Positions 1 to 9,802 of a stretch of 64,000 bases of DNA are shown here, one piece after another. The DNA is taken from IMG/VR virus record IMGVR_UViG_3300042013_000061, positions 64,001 through 128,000 of that record, one strand, 5' to 3'. This DNA is from a virus. Each line of letters starts with the position of its first letter. Position 1 is the first letter of the stretch. The translations under genes and the position numbers were made by a program. The notes under the pieces were generated by a model. That model had not been told where the DNA came from, searched no databases, and saw only the letters and a program-made list of their open reading frames with translations.

Positions 1-1043
1 ATTTCCACAAACGGGCCATACAGCGCGCCGTAGGAATTGGAAACGTTCAACACATTGCGACGATAATTCGTTGCTTTGGAAACCTCTTCGAATTCCGTAG
101 GCAGGTCGATAATCGCCATTGCATCGCCGCGAGTTTCTGCGATGGAAATCATGCGCTGCTGAATATACGGCGAAGTGAAACCACCGTTAATCAGAATTTG
201 CACTGCGAAATCGTCGGTGTTTTCGATACCTTCCCATGCAGCGATGATATCGGAATCAGAGCAACGGTTGCCGTTTTCGCCGCCGTCCAGAGTTTCGAAC
301 GTCGAAGTGCGGATATCAATCAGTGGGCAAAGTGCGTTGTTTTTAACGCGAATGAATTTCGAGTTTCCGTTAATACGGGACTCGACAAACATTTGCTGTT
401 GTTGGCCGTCAAGTTCAGCAGAGCGGCTGCACAGGTACGATTCAACCGGTACGCTGCCATTGCCTTTGTAATCTTTGAAAACTTCGACGTAGAAATGTTT
501 CGGGTTACTGAATTCCCCGACAGCGGTGCCTTGCTGGTTCGAAGGGCGCACGCGAATAGAAATGCTATCCGACCACGAACCCGGCGAAGTTGCACAGAAA
601 AACAACAGAACGTTTTCAACGCCCGGAGTGCCGACAGTGAAACCGATTTCGTTGATTGGATTTCCGAGAACACCTTTCGGGGTATTATCACCATCGTCGA
701 AATTCACCAGTTTCAGAACCGGTTCCATTGCCGCATTATCATCCACGGACAAATAGGCGCCAGCGGTCAATGCAGTTTTAACGTCAACCGCACGCTTGAT
801 ATACAGGCGCGATTCCGCAGTAAAGTGTTCAGCACAGTGCATGCTGTAACCCAATTTTGCGAAATCTTTAATGCCGAATTTGGTTTTCAAATCTTGCTTG
901 TCAGTAACAAGCGTCCATTCTTCGGTGCTGCCCATTTGCGATTCAACAACAATCGCACCAATGGAGCTAATCACCGTACCGCCGCGCTGGCTCAGGTCGT
1001 TATCCTGATCGTAAACGCCAGCACTCGTATTAGGAAATGCCAT
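1..1043 (-). CDS. Contractile tail sheath protein (5' part; runs off the left edge)
   Basis: Absent from the ORF track because no stop lies in the window. Manual translation from ATG 1043: MAFPNTSAGVYDQDNDLSQRGGTVISSIGAIVV...FFCATSPGSW...LINGGFTSPYIQQRMISIAETRGDAMAIIDLP...SYGALYGP. The N-terminal (P/A)GVY..D.S, PG.W, 'A..RGD..AI.D.P' and 'Y.ALY.P' motifs are typical of myophage sheath proteins. Confidence 0.88.
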   Translation of the reverse strand, partial: MAFPNTSAGVYDQDNDLSQRGGTVISSIGAIVVESQMGSTEEWTLVTDKQDLKTKFGIKDFAKLGYSMHCAEHFTAESRLYIKRAVDVKTALTAGAYLSVDDNAAMEPVLKLVNFDDGDNTPKGVLGNPINEIGFTVGTPGVENVLLFFCATSPGSWSDSISIRVRPSNQQGTAVGEFSNPKHFYVEVFKDYKGNGSVPVESYLCSRSAELDGQQQQMFVESRINGNSKFIRVKNNALCPLIDIRTSTFETLDGGENGNRCSDSDIIAAWEGIENTDDFAVQILINGGFTSPYIQQRMISIAETRGDAMAIIDLPTEFEEVSKATNYRRNVLNVSNSYGALYGPFVE

Positions 1044-1120
1044 GAAAAGAACCCCTTGTATGGTTGGTATATGGGAATATGTGAGAGCAAATCCTAAAAG
1101 AATTGCTATTCCACTATATT

Positions 1121-1127
1121 TAAATTA
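1121..1127 (-). promoter_or_regulatory. Putative late promoter motif TAATTTA upstream of tail sheath
   Basis: gcgTAATTTAaata on the minus strand; the same 10-mer (taaattacgc on +) occurs at 49221 upstream of another structural gene. Confidence 0.6.
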
Positions 1128-1158
1128 CGCAAAGGGGTTTTTGACTTTTTTCAGGCAA

Positions 1159-1187
1159 TAAAAAAGGGGCCGCAATGGCCCCCTTTG
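1159..1187 (-). terminator. Rho-independent terminator
   Basis: GGGGCC/GGCCCC stem followed by a U-tract on the minus strand, just after the stop of ORF 1201..1965. Confidence 0.8.
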
Positions 1188-1200
1188 GTGTAGCGTTTAT

Positions 1201-1965
1201 TCAATCATCAAAGCAATCAGAATCATCATTGTCAGGATGAATCGTACTCAGGTAATATTTGAAGCAGCGGATTGCCAATTCTTTATCACCGCGTTTCCAT
1301 GCTTTAATTGCAGGCATATACGGACGCGCATTCAGATAACGCATGTGGTGTTTGATTTGATTGTGCCGTTCGCTAACGAATTTCCACAACCAATAGGTAA
1401 TCCTTTTCGGTTCACCGCGAATCAGGAATACACGAACGAAACAGAAAACCAATGCTTCCATGTTTTCGTCTTCCATGTGTTCCGTTGATTCATGGAAACA
1501 TTCGAGGATTTGTTTCTTTTGTTCGGCGGAGAAACGCATGATCTTGTCAGGGTGTGAAGCCTGCTTAATCATCCGGTAAAGAGTTTTGATTGGAATTTCA
1601 TCTTCCTTTTCTTCACTCTTTTTCGATTCAACTCCATCAAACGAAATTGAATCATCGTCGCCTGTGAATTCGTCTTCGATACCGGGAAAGGACGTATCGA
1701 CGCCATCGTAATCCGTAACCGCCAAAGGCTGGTCAACGACCATTAATCCTTTTGCAATTCGGTTAACGGATTTCATGTCGCGTGTTTCTTCGTCTTCTTC
1801 TTCGTCGTCAATATCAACGTCTTCGTTTTCGCCGGTATGCCCGCCCATTGCATAATTGCATTCGGCTGCGAGCCAGCTATAACCCGTTTCAATTGTCACG
1901 ATCAATTGTTTCAACGTGCGATCATCACGTTGAATTTCTTCGATATCGTCGAGGGTGATATTCAT
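1201..1965 (-). CDS. J-domain (DnaJ-like) protein with acidic N-terminal region
   Basis: IKTLYRMIKQASHPDKI...F matches J-domain helix II-HPD-helix III; D/E-rich N-terminal half. Confidence 0.65.
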   Translation of the reverse strand: MNITLDDIEEIQRDDRTLKQLIVTIETGYSWLAAECNYAMGGHTGENEDVDIDDEEEDEETRDMKSVNRIAKGLMVVDQPLAVTDYDGVDTSFPGIEDEFTGDDDSISFDGVESKKSEEKEDEIPIKTLYRMIKQASHPDKIMRFSAEQKKQILECFHESTEHMEDENMEALVFCFVRVFLIRGEPKRITYWLWKFVSERHNQIKHHMRYLNARPYMPAIKAWKRGDKELAIRCFKYYLSTIHPDNDDSDCFDD

Positions 1966-2735
1966 AGGATACTCATTAAGTCCTGTTTATCGCTGCGCTT
2001 GCTGTTTAGGAACAAAGCAAACTGCATAGTCATTCGAATCTTTTCCGCGAAAAAGGAAACCGGGTCAGCCCCGTTCACTACAACGATGCGCGGAATGTGG
2101 TCGTATTTCTCCAATAAGTCACGAACCTTTTCAATCTTCTGCGGAGTGGAATCTGGCCCGACATTCGCAATGATTAACATGGAGATATTTCGTCTTACTT
2201 TTTCGTCACGCAAATCATCCTGATAACCGCCCATGACTCGGTGCCAAACCGGCAGCAGTCGGCCTTTGTGAGAACCGCTGCGCTGCTGTTCAATTGCCGA
2301 ATCCATAAAACTCATGGCGAGGAATTTAGCGCGATCATCAGTCGCCATTGAACCGATGCCAATGATTGGAGAACCGTGCAACGGATTCGTCAGCATTCGG
2401 TGACAGGTATCAATCTGTCTTTTCACACTTGTTTTCGGCAAGTGGTAATCTTCAGGCAACCATTTCGGAACAAACGGCGTAATAGAAACCAGTGCATCGT
2501 CAAGCAGAAACGGACTGCGCATGACTTGCAAAGCGCTACCATCGACGCCTTGATTTTTGAGTGTCTTTACGCGTTCCGAATCGAAACGGAATTTCAAGTG
2601 TGGTGCCGGGATGCGAAGGACAGGTGCAAATGTCTTTTTCTGCTTTTTAATCCCGGCAACCGGTTCAACTTTCTTCTTGGTTCCCTTGAGCTTTGTCACC
2701 GGTTCCGTTTTCTTTATGGTCTTTAACTCTTTCAA
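1962..2735 (-). CDS. Degenerate DnaC/IstB-like AAA+ protein (putative helicase loader), Lys-rich N-terminus
   Basis: SMLIIANVGPDS..KIEKVRDLLEKY..IPRIVVVNG parallels DnaC 'LLIIDDLG.E......L..I...R....P.IITSN'; Walker A/B acidic and GKT residues are lost; 4-bp overlap with the J-domain gene. Confidence 0.45.
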   Translation of the reverse strand: MKELKTIKKTEPVTKLKGTKKKVEPVAGIKKQKKTFAPVLRIPAPHLKFRFDSERVKTLKNQGVDGSALQVMRSPFLLDDALVSITPFVPKWLPEDYHLPKTSVKRQIDTCHRMLTNPLHGSPIIGIGSMATDDRAKFLAMSFMDSAIEQQRSGSHKGRLLPVWHRVMGGYQDDLRDEKVRRNISMLIIANVGPDSTPQKIEKVRDLLEKYDHIPRIVVVNGADPVSFFAEKIRMTMQFALFLNSKRSDKQDLMSIL

Positions 2736-3399
2736 GGTCTGGACTCTCGGAAGGGTGGGTTTGATACTTCTTTACAGTATTTGAAGTGCCGAATATACGC
2801 TGCCTGCTCTGCTCACAATGCAGCGCAAGCTCTGCGGGCGTCAGGCTTTCTAACGTGACGACTTCACCGGTTACAGGATGGTGAATATTAGGCAAGAAAA
2901 ACTCTTGTGTTTCCTGCTTCGTCAATTGCTCAAGAAGCATACGACCGTAGGGATTATCGGGCATATCAATAATCTGCTGCGAAAGCGTTTTCACTCTGTT
3001 TTCAATGTACGCTGTGATTTCATGTTCGGGGCGCATGAACAGCGGAAGTATGTGCGCTTCGTCAATCATTTCCTGATCGAAAAATCCACCGGGCGGCATA
3101 GAACACCCGCGACCGATTCTAGGCGGGAGCATTTCTTCAGTGATTTTCCAGTCATGTCCAATCGGTGGGCGTTTACGCACGAATTCTTCTTCGTCGTTTT
3201 CTGCATTCGCTTCCACGCCCGGTGCGAAATAGGCACGGTTGTAAAGTTTGCGCCCGGTATTAAAAATGACTTCCCGTTCGTATTCGACGGATGCTTTTTC
3301 GTCGGCGCTTCCCATTAATTCATAGTTCACGTGCGTGACGTATTCACCGGGAACCATCGGGTGTCCAAGATCAAACAAAGGAGATACTGGCGAGTGCAT
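2665..3399 (-). CDS. Hypothetical protein
   Basis: Track ORF 2665..3474; start moved to ATG 3399 (GAGG SD upstream, smaller overlap with the neighbour). Confidence 0.6.
   Translation of the reverse strand: MHSPVSPLFDLGHPMVPGEYVTHVNYELMGSADEKASVEYEREVIFNTGRKLYNRAYFAPGVEANAENDEEEFVRKRPPIGHDWKITEEMLPPRIGRGCSMPPGGFFDQEMIDEAHILPLFMRPEHEITAYIENRVKTLSQQIIDMPDNPYGRMLLEQLTKQETQEFFLPNIHHPVTGEVVTLESLTPAELALHCEQSRQRIFGTSNTVKKYQTHPSESPDLERVKDHKENGTGDKAQGNQEES
2771..2777 (-). promoter_or_regulatory. Putative phage promoter motif CTGTAAA
   Basis: About 36 nt upstream of the 2735 start; member of a recurrent strand-oriented motif family. Confidence 0.6.
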
Positions 3400-3742
3400 T
3401 GTAATCCTCGGCTTCTTTTCGAATTTCTTCTTGAGTGGGCATTCCGGCGACATGGCTTTCGTATGTTTTACCATCCGAATATTCGACGATGCGTTTTACC
3501 TGCTGGAAATCCCATTCATAACGTAGCGCCGTGACAAAGCGCCCGGTCACTCCGAACAGTTTAATAACCAAACATTCGCCGGTAATTGTCCATCGGATTT
3601 CTTCGCCGTCGTACAGTGCAGGAATCGCACGCAGACCGGGGCCGTCTGGATTTCTTTCGTAGTGGGAAACCTTTCTTTCGAATGGGCCTTCACGCCCGGA
3701 AAGAAAAACCTTCATAGTCGTTTCAAACTGTTCCATGCGCAT
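3371..3742 (-). CDS. Hypothetical protein
   Basis: 123-aa ORF with AAGGA SD, collinear with the operon. Confidence 0.6.
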   Translation of the reverse strand: MRMEQFETTMKVFLSGREGPFERKVSHYERNPDGPGLRAIPALYDGEEIRWTITGECLVIKLFGVTGRFVTALRYEWDFQQVKRIVEYSDGKTYESHVAGMPTQEEIRKEAEDYNALASISFV

Positions 3743-3872
3743 TCCTTTTACGATGCTTCAACGCTCGGCGCTGCGCTCGATTTAAGACGGGTGCCGGTTT
3801 ATCGGAATCGTCACACACGCAGCCGAAATCATACCAGCCACAACCTGTGCATTTCTTTTCACTGGTTTGCAT
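3723..3872 (-). CDS. Small Cys-rich protein with basic NRAQRR tail
   Basis: MQTSEKKCTGCGWYDFGCVCDD...LNRAQRRALKHRKR; GAGGTG SD before ATG 3872. Confidence 0.55.
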   Translation of the reverse strand: MQTSEKKCTGCGWYDFGCVCDDSDKPAPVLNRAQRRALKHRKRNAHGTV

Positions 3873-4212
3873 CTGGCACCTCTTTTTCTTTCCAGAATTT
3901 CTTCCGAACGTAGCTCCAGCCAATCGCCTTATAAAACGCGTAAATATCTGCGTGATGATAAGTCGGTAAATCACTGCACATTTTCTGCAAGGCCGCGAAC
4001 GTCTCAGCGTCGTAACCCGTGTTGACAAACTTTGGTGTGTCTACGTCTTTTGCTATATCAGCGTGAAGCATTTTGCGAATGGCTTTCTTAAACGCTTCGT
4101 AAGAACCCACATGCCGATAGCAGAATTTCTCACACAGTTCTGGCATGTCGAAAGTGTGGAACGATACACGCGCACAATCGACCATCAAAACACAGCGAAT
4201 TAAATGGCTCAT
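3859..4212 (-). CDS. Hypothetical protein (shares C-terminal motif with 55598..56002)
   Basis: Start ATG 4212 overlaps the upstream stop; C-terminal HHADIYAFYKAIGWSYVRKKFW. Confidence 0.65.
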   Translation of the reverse strand: MSHLIRCVLMVDCARVSFHTFDMPELCEKFCYRHVGSYEAFKKAIRKMLHADIAKDVDTPKFVNTGYDAETFAALQKMCSDLPTYHHADIYAFYKAIGWSYVRKKFWKEKEVPDANQ

Positions 4213-4436
4213 AACGGCATGTCCATCGGGTCTGGAATACACAATTCATGGAGACGGTTACGCATTCCACGGTCGAAGCACGAACTGTCAAAACCGCCGT
4301 CGCACTGATACCACAATTCATTCATGCGTTTGCTGTCGCCGCGATGTTCTGCAACAACGCTATCCACGTAATCGCGGCCAGCTTGCCAGTCTTCTTCAGG
4401 TGTGCGAATGCCCAACAGTTTGCGTAACCATTTCAT
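4209..4436 (-). CDS. Hypothetical protein
   Basis: 75-aa ORF, tightly packed in the operon. Confidence 0.6.
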   Translation of the reverse strand: MKWLRKLLGIRTPEEDWQAGRDYVDSVVAEHRGDSKRMNELWYQCDGGFDSSCFDRGMRNRLHELCIPDPMDMPL

Positions 4437-4438
4437 GA

Positions 4439-6133
4439 TTATTTTCCAATACGTTTCTGTTTGCCTTTCTCAAAGCTCATTTTCTTTTTCGCGTAACGAT
4501 CATCTTTTGCGTCATTGCGTTTGTTGTGAATCGAAGCCGCAATACCGCCAAACAATCCACCGGTAGGAATGCGAGCAACTGCACTCGTTTCCGTTTCTGC
4601 GTCCTGCTCTTCGTAGCTTATGTCCCGCTTTACATTTTTCAGCCACTTGCCCATCCGCTCCAATGCAACTGGCGTCGGCGTGTGATTGAATTCTACGGCC
4701 TGATTCCAAGTGTTCGAACAATACTTCAAAGACGCGTTCGCTTTGGTGTCTACAAAGAATCGAATAATTGGCTGACGTTTATCTGGATCGGGTGTAAGAA
4801 TACGCGAGCTTTCCTGTTTCCAGTTCGGTTCGTTATTCATCGGCATGACGTAGTAAAGACACGACCACGGTTTGATGTTGATACCGCGCTGCAACAGACG
4901 ACGAATCCCGACAACTACGCGAATTTTACGCACGCCCGCTTGTTGCTTAATCCAGTCGCGACGTTCTTTGTTTTTCTTCGGATTGCTGCCACCGGTAAAC
5001 GCTGCGGCAACTTCATAACCGACACGATCATTAATCCGTTTTACCAGTTCTTCGATATGGTCTTTGAAGTGGCACGGAATAACGATGGAATGTCCGGCTT
5101 CCAAATCTTTCATAACCCAATCAATAATCAGGTCATTTCGTTTCTTGTGCTTCGCGAGCATCTTGCCGAGGAACACAAATCCCGGCTTGCCTTTGAATGC
5201 ACCTTTCGATTTCACGCCGGTATCAACAGCCAGCAATTTCGCGACCATTTGTCCGCGTTTAATTTTCGACTTCACTTCACCGATTACAAGCGCGGTGATA
5301 ATGTGTTTCCCATCCTTGCGGGTTTCCGTACCAGTGCAACCCATACGCACGCGCATTTTCATGCTGTTCATTACGTCTGCGAATTCTGGCGCACCGGTGG
5401 CTTGTACTTCGTCCACAATTACGGTGCCGAAAACCTTGTTCACTTTCGCCAAGAATTTCCGACCTTTCGGACTCAGGAAAGACTGGTAAGTGATGATGCC
5501 GATTTGAATGTCTTCCAAATCTTTTGCAGTCTTGATAAACCCGAATAGTTTCTTCCCGGTTTTCTTTTCAAGTGCAGGCAGGTTGGTGCTTTCGCGAATG
5601 TCCCCAAGGAACTGATTCAGGAAGTCATACTGGTCAGCGATCAACAGAACTTTGTAGCCGAGTTCAATTGCGATTTTCAGTGCAGTCAAAGATTTACCAG
5701 AACGCGGCGGAAGCACGAAAAGGCCGTACTTGGCCTTTTTCATTTTCTCTACGGTTTTCAACTGGTATGAATACCAATCGCGGTCTTCACCGAGACTGAT
5801 TTTAATCTTGTAGTCGAACGGCACACGCGTTCGCTTGTCAACAACGGTGTAATCATCGAAGTCGATTTTCATCTTTTCTTCGATGTTGTTTCGGTCGCCC
5901 ATCGGCAGACCGATATATTCCACATTACCAATTACACGCTTGTTAGCAAGTTGGTAAGAGCCGTTGAAATTCTCACAGCCCTTACACTCAGGCACAGGAC
6001 GTTTCGGGCGGAAGTCACAGGACTTGCAGCCGAAGTCCGAAAAGAAGTTTTTGAAATATTCCTTCTTTACCCGCTTCTCGCTAAGATCAATGCTCGGCAC
6101 ATAGAACTTATCCGATACGATTATTTTTCCCAT
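4439..6133 (-). CDS. Superfamily 2 DNA helicase (UvsW/XPB-like) with N-terminal Zn finger
   Basis: Q motif YSYQ, Walker A LPPRSGKS, Walker B IVDEVQ, motif III GCTGT, QRGINI, motif VI QESSRILT; CKSC...CKGC; basic C-terminal tail. Confidence 0.9.
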   Translation of the reverse strand: MGKIIVSDKFYVPSIDLSEKRVKKEYFKNFFSDFGCKSCDFRPKRPVPECKGCENFNGSYQLANKRVIGNVEYIGLPMGDRNNIEEKMKIDFDDYTVVDKRTRVPFDYKIKISLGEDRDWYSYQLKTVEKMKKAKYGLFVLPPRSGKSLTALKIAIELGYKVLLIADQYDFLNQFLGDIRESTNLPALEKKTGKKLFGFIKTAKDLEDIQIGIITYQSFLSPKGRKFLAKVNKVFGTVIVDEVQATGAPEFADVMNSMKMRVRMGCTGTETRKDGKHIITALVIGEVKSKIKRGQMVAKLLAVDTGVKSKGAFKGKPGFVFLGKMLAKHKKRNDLIIDWVMKDLEAGHSIVIPCHFKDHIEELVKRINDRVGYEVAAAFTGGSNPKKNKERRDWIKQQAGVRKIRVVVGIRRLLQRGINIKPWSCLYYVMPMNNEPNWKQESSRILTPDPDKRQPIIRFFVDTKANASLKYCSNTWNQAVEFNHTPTPVALERMGKWLKNVKRDISYEEQDAETETSAVARIPTGGLFGGIAASIHNKRNDAKDDRYAKKKMSFEKGKQKRIGK

Positions 6134-6696
6134 TTTTTCCTGAAAGGCGGTTCCCGGTTAAATGCTTCGCCATACGCGCTATTTACATTATAACTGCCGT
6201 CGTTTTTATCGTAGTCTTTGTATGCACTCGGCCACGCCTGAATTGAATCAGGAATATACGGGTTTGGATTCGGTGGATAGAACGCGTCACGATTTGCGGC
6301 GTCGATGGATTCGCGATAGCTGATATCCAGTTGAACTGCGCAGTCGATTTCTTCCAGCCACTTAATGAATTCGTACATGACCGGAGGCGCCCAGTTAACA
6401 GGGAACATCCGCTGCCAAACATTTGGCCGATGCGCAAGCAGATAGCGCTTCAGGCTGTCTTTCAAAAACGTGTAATCGACGAATTCGATCACGTAAGCGC
6501 AACTGCCGTGATACAGGATTTCATTCAGCAGCAAAAACGTATGCGATTTCTTATCGAAGTTTCCTTCGGTGTGAACCTGCTGCATGCTGTTGAACATTGT
6601 GTATTTATTCGTATCGCCCTGAATCGCGATGATCGGAATAAACGGCGTAGGTTTCCACGACATACCGTCAGCGGGAGTTTCTTTAATTTCGTCCAT
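6121..6696 (-). CDS. Hypothetical protein
   Basis: 191-aa ORF, translationally coupled to neighbours. Confidence 0.65.
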   Translation of the reverse strand: MDEIKETPADGMSWKPTPFIPIIAIQGDTNKYTMFNSMQQVHTEGNFDKKSHTFLLLNEILYHGSCAYVIEFVDYTFLKDSLKRYLLAHRPNVWQRMFPVNWAPPVMYEFIKWLEEIDCAVQLDISYRESIDAANRDAFYPPNPNPYIPDSIQAWPSAYKDYDKNDGSYNVNSAYGEAFNREPPFRKKWEK

Positions 6697-7043
6697 TAAC
6701 CTTTATCCTTGTCGTACCAATAGGAAGACGCTCGGGCGGGCGGTGGATTTGCACGCGCCTGACTTTCAGGATAAATCAGGAGAATATTTCGCACGTCGTA
6801 AACGTATTTGTAAATGGCTTCGAACACTTCGACAGGAACACGCGTGGTCACAATCAAAAGCGATTCAGGATCGCGACTGAGACGCTCAAGATGTTCGAAT
6901 GCGTCTTGTGCATGGCGGACGATTACGGAATCCGCACTCTGCATTTTATTCAGGCCATAACCGGCCATGACAATGCCGGTGCCTTCGATGGATTCAGTGC
7001 TGCGAATATGCAGGTTGATTACTTTCATGCGGTTTGACTCCAA
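6696..7043 (-). CDS. Hypothetical protein
   Basis: 115-aa ORF in operon; start uncertain. Confidence 0.55.
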   Translation of the reverse strand: MESNRMKVINLHIRSTESIEGTGIVMAGYGLNKMQSADSVIVRHAQDAFEHLERLSRDPESLLIVTTRVPVEVFEAIYKYVYDVRNILLIYPESQARANPPPARASSYWYDKDKG

Positions 7044-7354
7044 ACAAAATCACGTTGAAATGGTGTGAGTTGAAACACGACAGCCGCACCCAACGCCATC
7101 AGTTCGAAAACCACACGACGGATGAACTGAATGTCGAGGCCCATGAAATAGACTTCGACGTAATCATTGGCATTCGTGTATTCCACAACCTGCTCATGGA
7201 ATTCTGTCAGGTCATCGCTTGCGCGCCCCGCCTGAAGAACCACCAAATGGCTTTGGTCGTATTGCAGCTTCGTCCCTTCGAAAAACTCTGCAATTTCTGC
7301 ATTGTTCTTGAGAGCCGACATATCTTCCGTTGAATACACGAATGCCGTTTTCAT
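7025..7354 (-). CDS. Hypothetical protein
   Basis: 109-aa ORF with ATGA overlap. Confidence 0.6.
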   Translation of the reverse strand: MKTAFVYSTEDMSALKNNAEIAEFFEGTKLQYDQSHLVVLQAGRASDDLTEFHEQVVEYTNANDYVEVYFMGLDIQFIRRVVFELMALGAAVVFQLTPFQRDFVWSQTA

Positions 7355-7902
7355 AACGATACCTGTTCGGGTTTGGTTAAGACAATGACCAGCTTCACCA
7401 GATTGGTATACATATAACCGGCTTGGTCAATGTCTTCCACAATCAGGGCCGCTGATTTGTCGAGTGTTTGCACTTGGTGCAGGAATTCATAGAACGGTTT
7501 CATGATCGCTTCTATGAACGCTTTTCGCTCAGCTTGCGCGCCAATGCCTTTCAGATGGTGCCCGAATTCTGAAAGCAAATAGTCACGCAAATTGCTAAGT
7601 GTTTTTTCCATTGCACTGCTGATCTTTACACACTGGCCGCGAATCTCTGTGCAGCGTGAACGTGTGGACTGATCTTGCAGCATGGAATCCAGAACCTTTT
7701 CGGGGAACTGGCGCATTGAATTTTTCTTGCGGCGTAATTCGCGAGTTTGCCGAGTCATGTGGAGCATTTGTAGCTCTTCATGGAAGGCGTCAAAATTAAT
7801 CGCATAGGCCGGGTTTCTTTCGAACATTTCAAGGAACTGCATGTAACGCTTGTTCTTCTTGATTACCCGGCGCAGCGCTTTAATCTCTTCGCGACTACTC
7901 AT
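7351..7902 (-). CDS. Helical/coiled-coil protein (possible UvsY-like recombination mediator)
   Basis: 183-aa, apparently all-helical, near the UvsW-like helicase; function is inference only. Confidence 0.5.
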   Translation of the reverse strand: MSSREEIKALRRVIKKNKRYMQFLEMFERNPAYAINFDAFHEELQMLHMTRQTRELRRKKNSMRQFPEKVLDSMLQDQSTRSRCTEIRGQCVKISSAMEKTLSNLRDYLLSEFGHHLKGIGAQAERKAFIEAIMKPFYEFLHQVQTLDKSAALIVEDIDQAGYMYTNLVKLVIVLTKPEQVSL

Positions 7903-8218
7903 TCACATCACGCAAGCGGGCGTTGTAGTGTTCGGCCAAGGCTTCACACGATGCAGCAATTTGCATAACCATGTCTTTTTTCAGGTCGCACAAATTGTCA
8001 AAGTTTGGTTCACCAAACGGGAACATTTGCCAGTAGTCCGCGTACCAGCTTTCAACTTCCGTCATGTCCTGCAAATCCACGATGGCGGCTGCGTACATGT
8101 TGCGGCGGTCGTTGCTTACGTTGATCCATTCAACCGGCGAATGGTCAAAGATCAATTCGATTCCTGACAATGAGTGGTGCAGGAAAATGCAGTTCGATAA
8201 ATGCGTGAATGTTTTCAT
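7895..8218 (-). CDS. Hypothetical protein
   Basis: 107-aa ORF with overlapping stop/start. Confidence 0.6.
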   Translation of the reverse strand: MKTFTHLSNCIFLHHSLSGIELIFDHSPVEWINVSNDRRNMYAAAIVDLQDMTEVESWYADYWQMFPFGEPNFDNLCDLKKDMVMQIAASCEALAEHYNARLRDVNE

Positions 8219-8661
8219 GACGGCTCCGTCACAAGATATGGAGAGGGCGCATTGCCGCTAATAGCCAAGATCGCACCAGTGCTTGTCTTGAGTATTAACA
8301 GTTTTTGCTTATCCGACGTTAAAGGCTGCTGGACGTAATCGTACAGTTCCTTTTTGTTGCACTTCACAATCAAACGATGGTCGGCCAGTTTGACTTTCGA
8401 CGTATCTGTTACAACGAACAGATGGCCGTAGATTGAACCGCGACCATTGACGAAATTGTACATCTTGCAGAACCGATTTAAGATCGTCGGATTCTGGTAA
8501 TCAATCTGCATCGGTGTGTTTACCAACTTGCGGAAAAACAAACCGATATGGTGGCCGTCATGTGCGGCCCCCAAGTCTTCAAACGTGTCTACTTTGCGAA
8601 CAGTATGTGTGAACGTATCCGCGAGACTGAAAATCGGACTTACATCACTTCGCTTCATCAT
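8215..8661 (-). CDS. Hypothetical protein
   Basis: Track ORF 8215..8670; ATG at 8661/8658 more likely. Confidence 0.6.
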   Translation of the reverse strand: MMKRSDVSPIFSLADTFTHTVRKVDTFEDLGAAHDGHHIGLFFRKLVNTPMQIDYQNPTILNRFCKMYNFVNGRGSIYGHLFVVTDTSKVKLADHRLIVKCNKKELYDYVQQPLTSDKQKLLILKTSTGAILAISGNAPSPYLVTEPS

Positions 8662-9802
8662 AAGTGCCAACCAATGTCAGCGTACCATCGTCCGTTTTTG
8701 TGATGAACCGGTAGGTGGACATTGCAGCCGGAATTTTGTAGAAGTTCATATTGATTTCCATGTCTTTCGCCTTGTTAAACAAGTCCATGAAAATGCGCGG
8801 GTCTACACGAATCTGTAGAGGCTTGCCGGTTGTTTCGGCTTTGAATTTATCCGATACCTTACCGCCTTTGCCCTGCACGTGCATATTCACAACGCCGTCA
8901 GCGATTGCGATAGCCATCCGCGTTTCACCGTCAGTCAGAACCGCCATGTTCGAAACGGTAGCAACTGCTTTCGTATCGAATTTCATTGTCGTGCGCGGTT
9001 TCAAATCATCCAGACTTTTGTTGTACTGAAGCGCCATTGTGTAATGACCTTCTTCCAACTGCGTTTCTGGAATCGACACGGTGAATTCTGGACTCGATAC
9101 GCGGAACCGTCCGCCACTTGTCGAGAACGCCACTTCGTCGCTTTCAATGAATTTGTCGATCACCGTAAACGCTTTTGCAGGCAGGGCCATACGCATCGGT
9201 GTTTTGTTTTTCACTTTGGTACGGTACAGTGCGACATGGTGTTCATCGTAGCAGTAAACACGCATGATTTTTTCACCGATATCAAAGATCACCGGCAGTT
9301 CGGTTTTCGCATAGAAATCGGTGATGTTCACACGGCGCACAGCAGCCAGCAAACGTTCGACAATCGCTTTATCCATCGGCGGGGTTTTGTCCCCGGTCAA
9401 TTGATGTTCCAGCATGCGGATATCGTCAGCGTCGAATTCCATAGCGTCCAAATGCGCTTCGAAATTCCCCTTCTTTTCTTTGAATGCGATCTTACCGCCA
9501 CCGGTTTTGAAATTGCATTCAGTTCGTGCTTTCAACAGGCCGGTCAGCGTGTTGGCATCGACACGAATTGTCCCGGCTTTTTTCACTTCACCGGAAATCT
9601 TCATAGACGCCAGCGCATCGGTGGAAGTACCAATGAGATACACGCCGTCAATCTTTTTACCTTCACCTTTCACCGCTGCGATAACAAATTTCGTATCGTC
9701 GGATTTGGTGTAGGTTGTCACGCCGTTAATCTTTGTGAAACCCGTTGCGATATCCTTGCCGGACGCGCTGAATTCCAGTTCGTTACCTTCGATTAATTTC
9801 AT
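8645..9802 (-). CDS. dnaN: DNA sliding clamp (DNA pol III beta-like)
   Basis: 385 aa with three repeated beta-clamp-type domains (LIGTSTD, CYDEHHVAL equivalent to ATDGHRLA, 'ALPAKAF', 'IRVDPRIFMDLF' equivalent to 'IGFN..YL.D.L'); lies two genes downstream of the polymerase. Confidence 0.75.
   Translation of the reverse strand: MKLIEGNELEFSASGKDIATGFTKINGVTTYTKSDDTKFVIAAVKGEGKKIDGVYLIGTSTDALASMKISGEVKKAGTIRVDANTLTGLLKARTECNFKTGGGKIAFKEKKGNFEAHLDAMEFDADDIRMLEHQLTGDKTPPMDKAIVERLLAAVRRVNITDFYAKTELPVIFDIGEKIMRVYCYDEHHVALYRTKVKNKTPMRMALPAKAFTVIDKFIESDEVAFSTSGGRFRVSSPEFTVSIPETQLEEGHYTMALQYNKSLDDLKPRTTMKFDTKAVATVSNMAVLTDGETRMAIAIADGVVNMHVQGKGGKVSDKFKAETTGKPLQIRVDPRIFMDLFNKAKDMEINMNFYKIPAAMSTYRFITKTDDGTLTLVGTYDEAK

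Noticed and set aside
198-1097. 299-aa plus-strand ORF in the track
   Set aside because: Antisense shadow of the minus-strand tail sheath gene, which the track missed because its stop lies outside the window.
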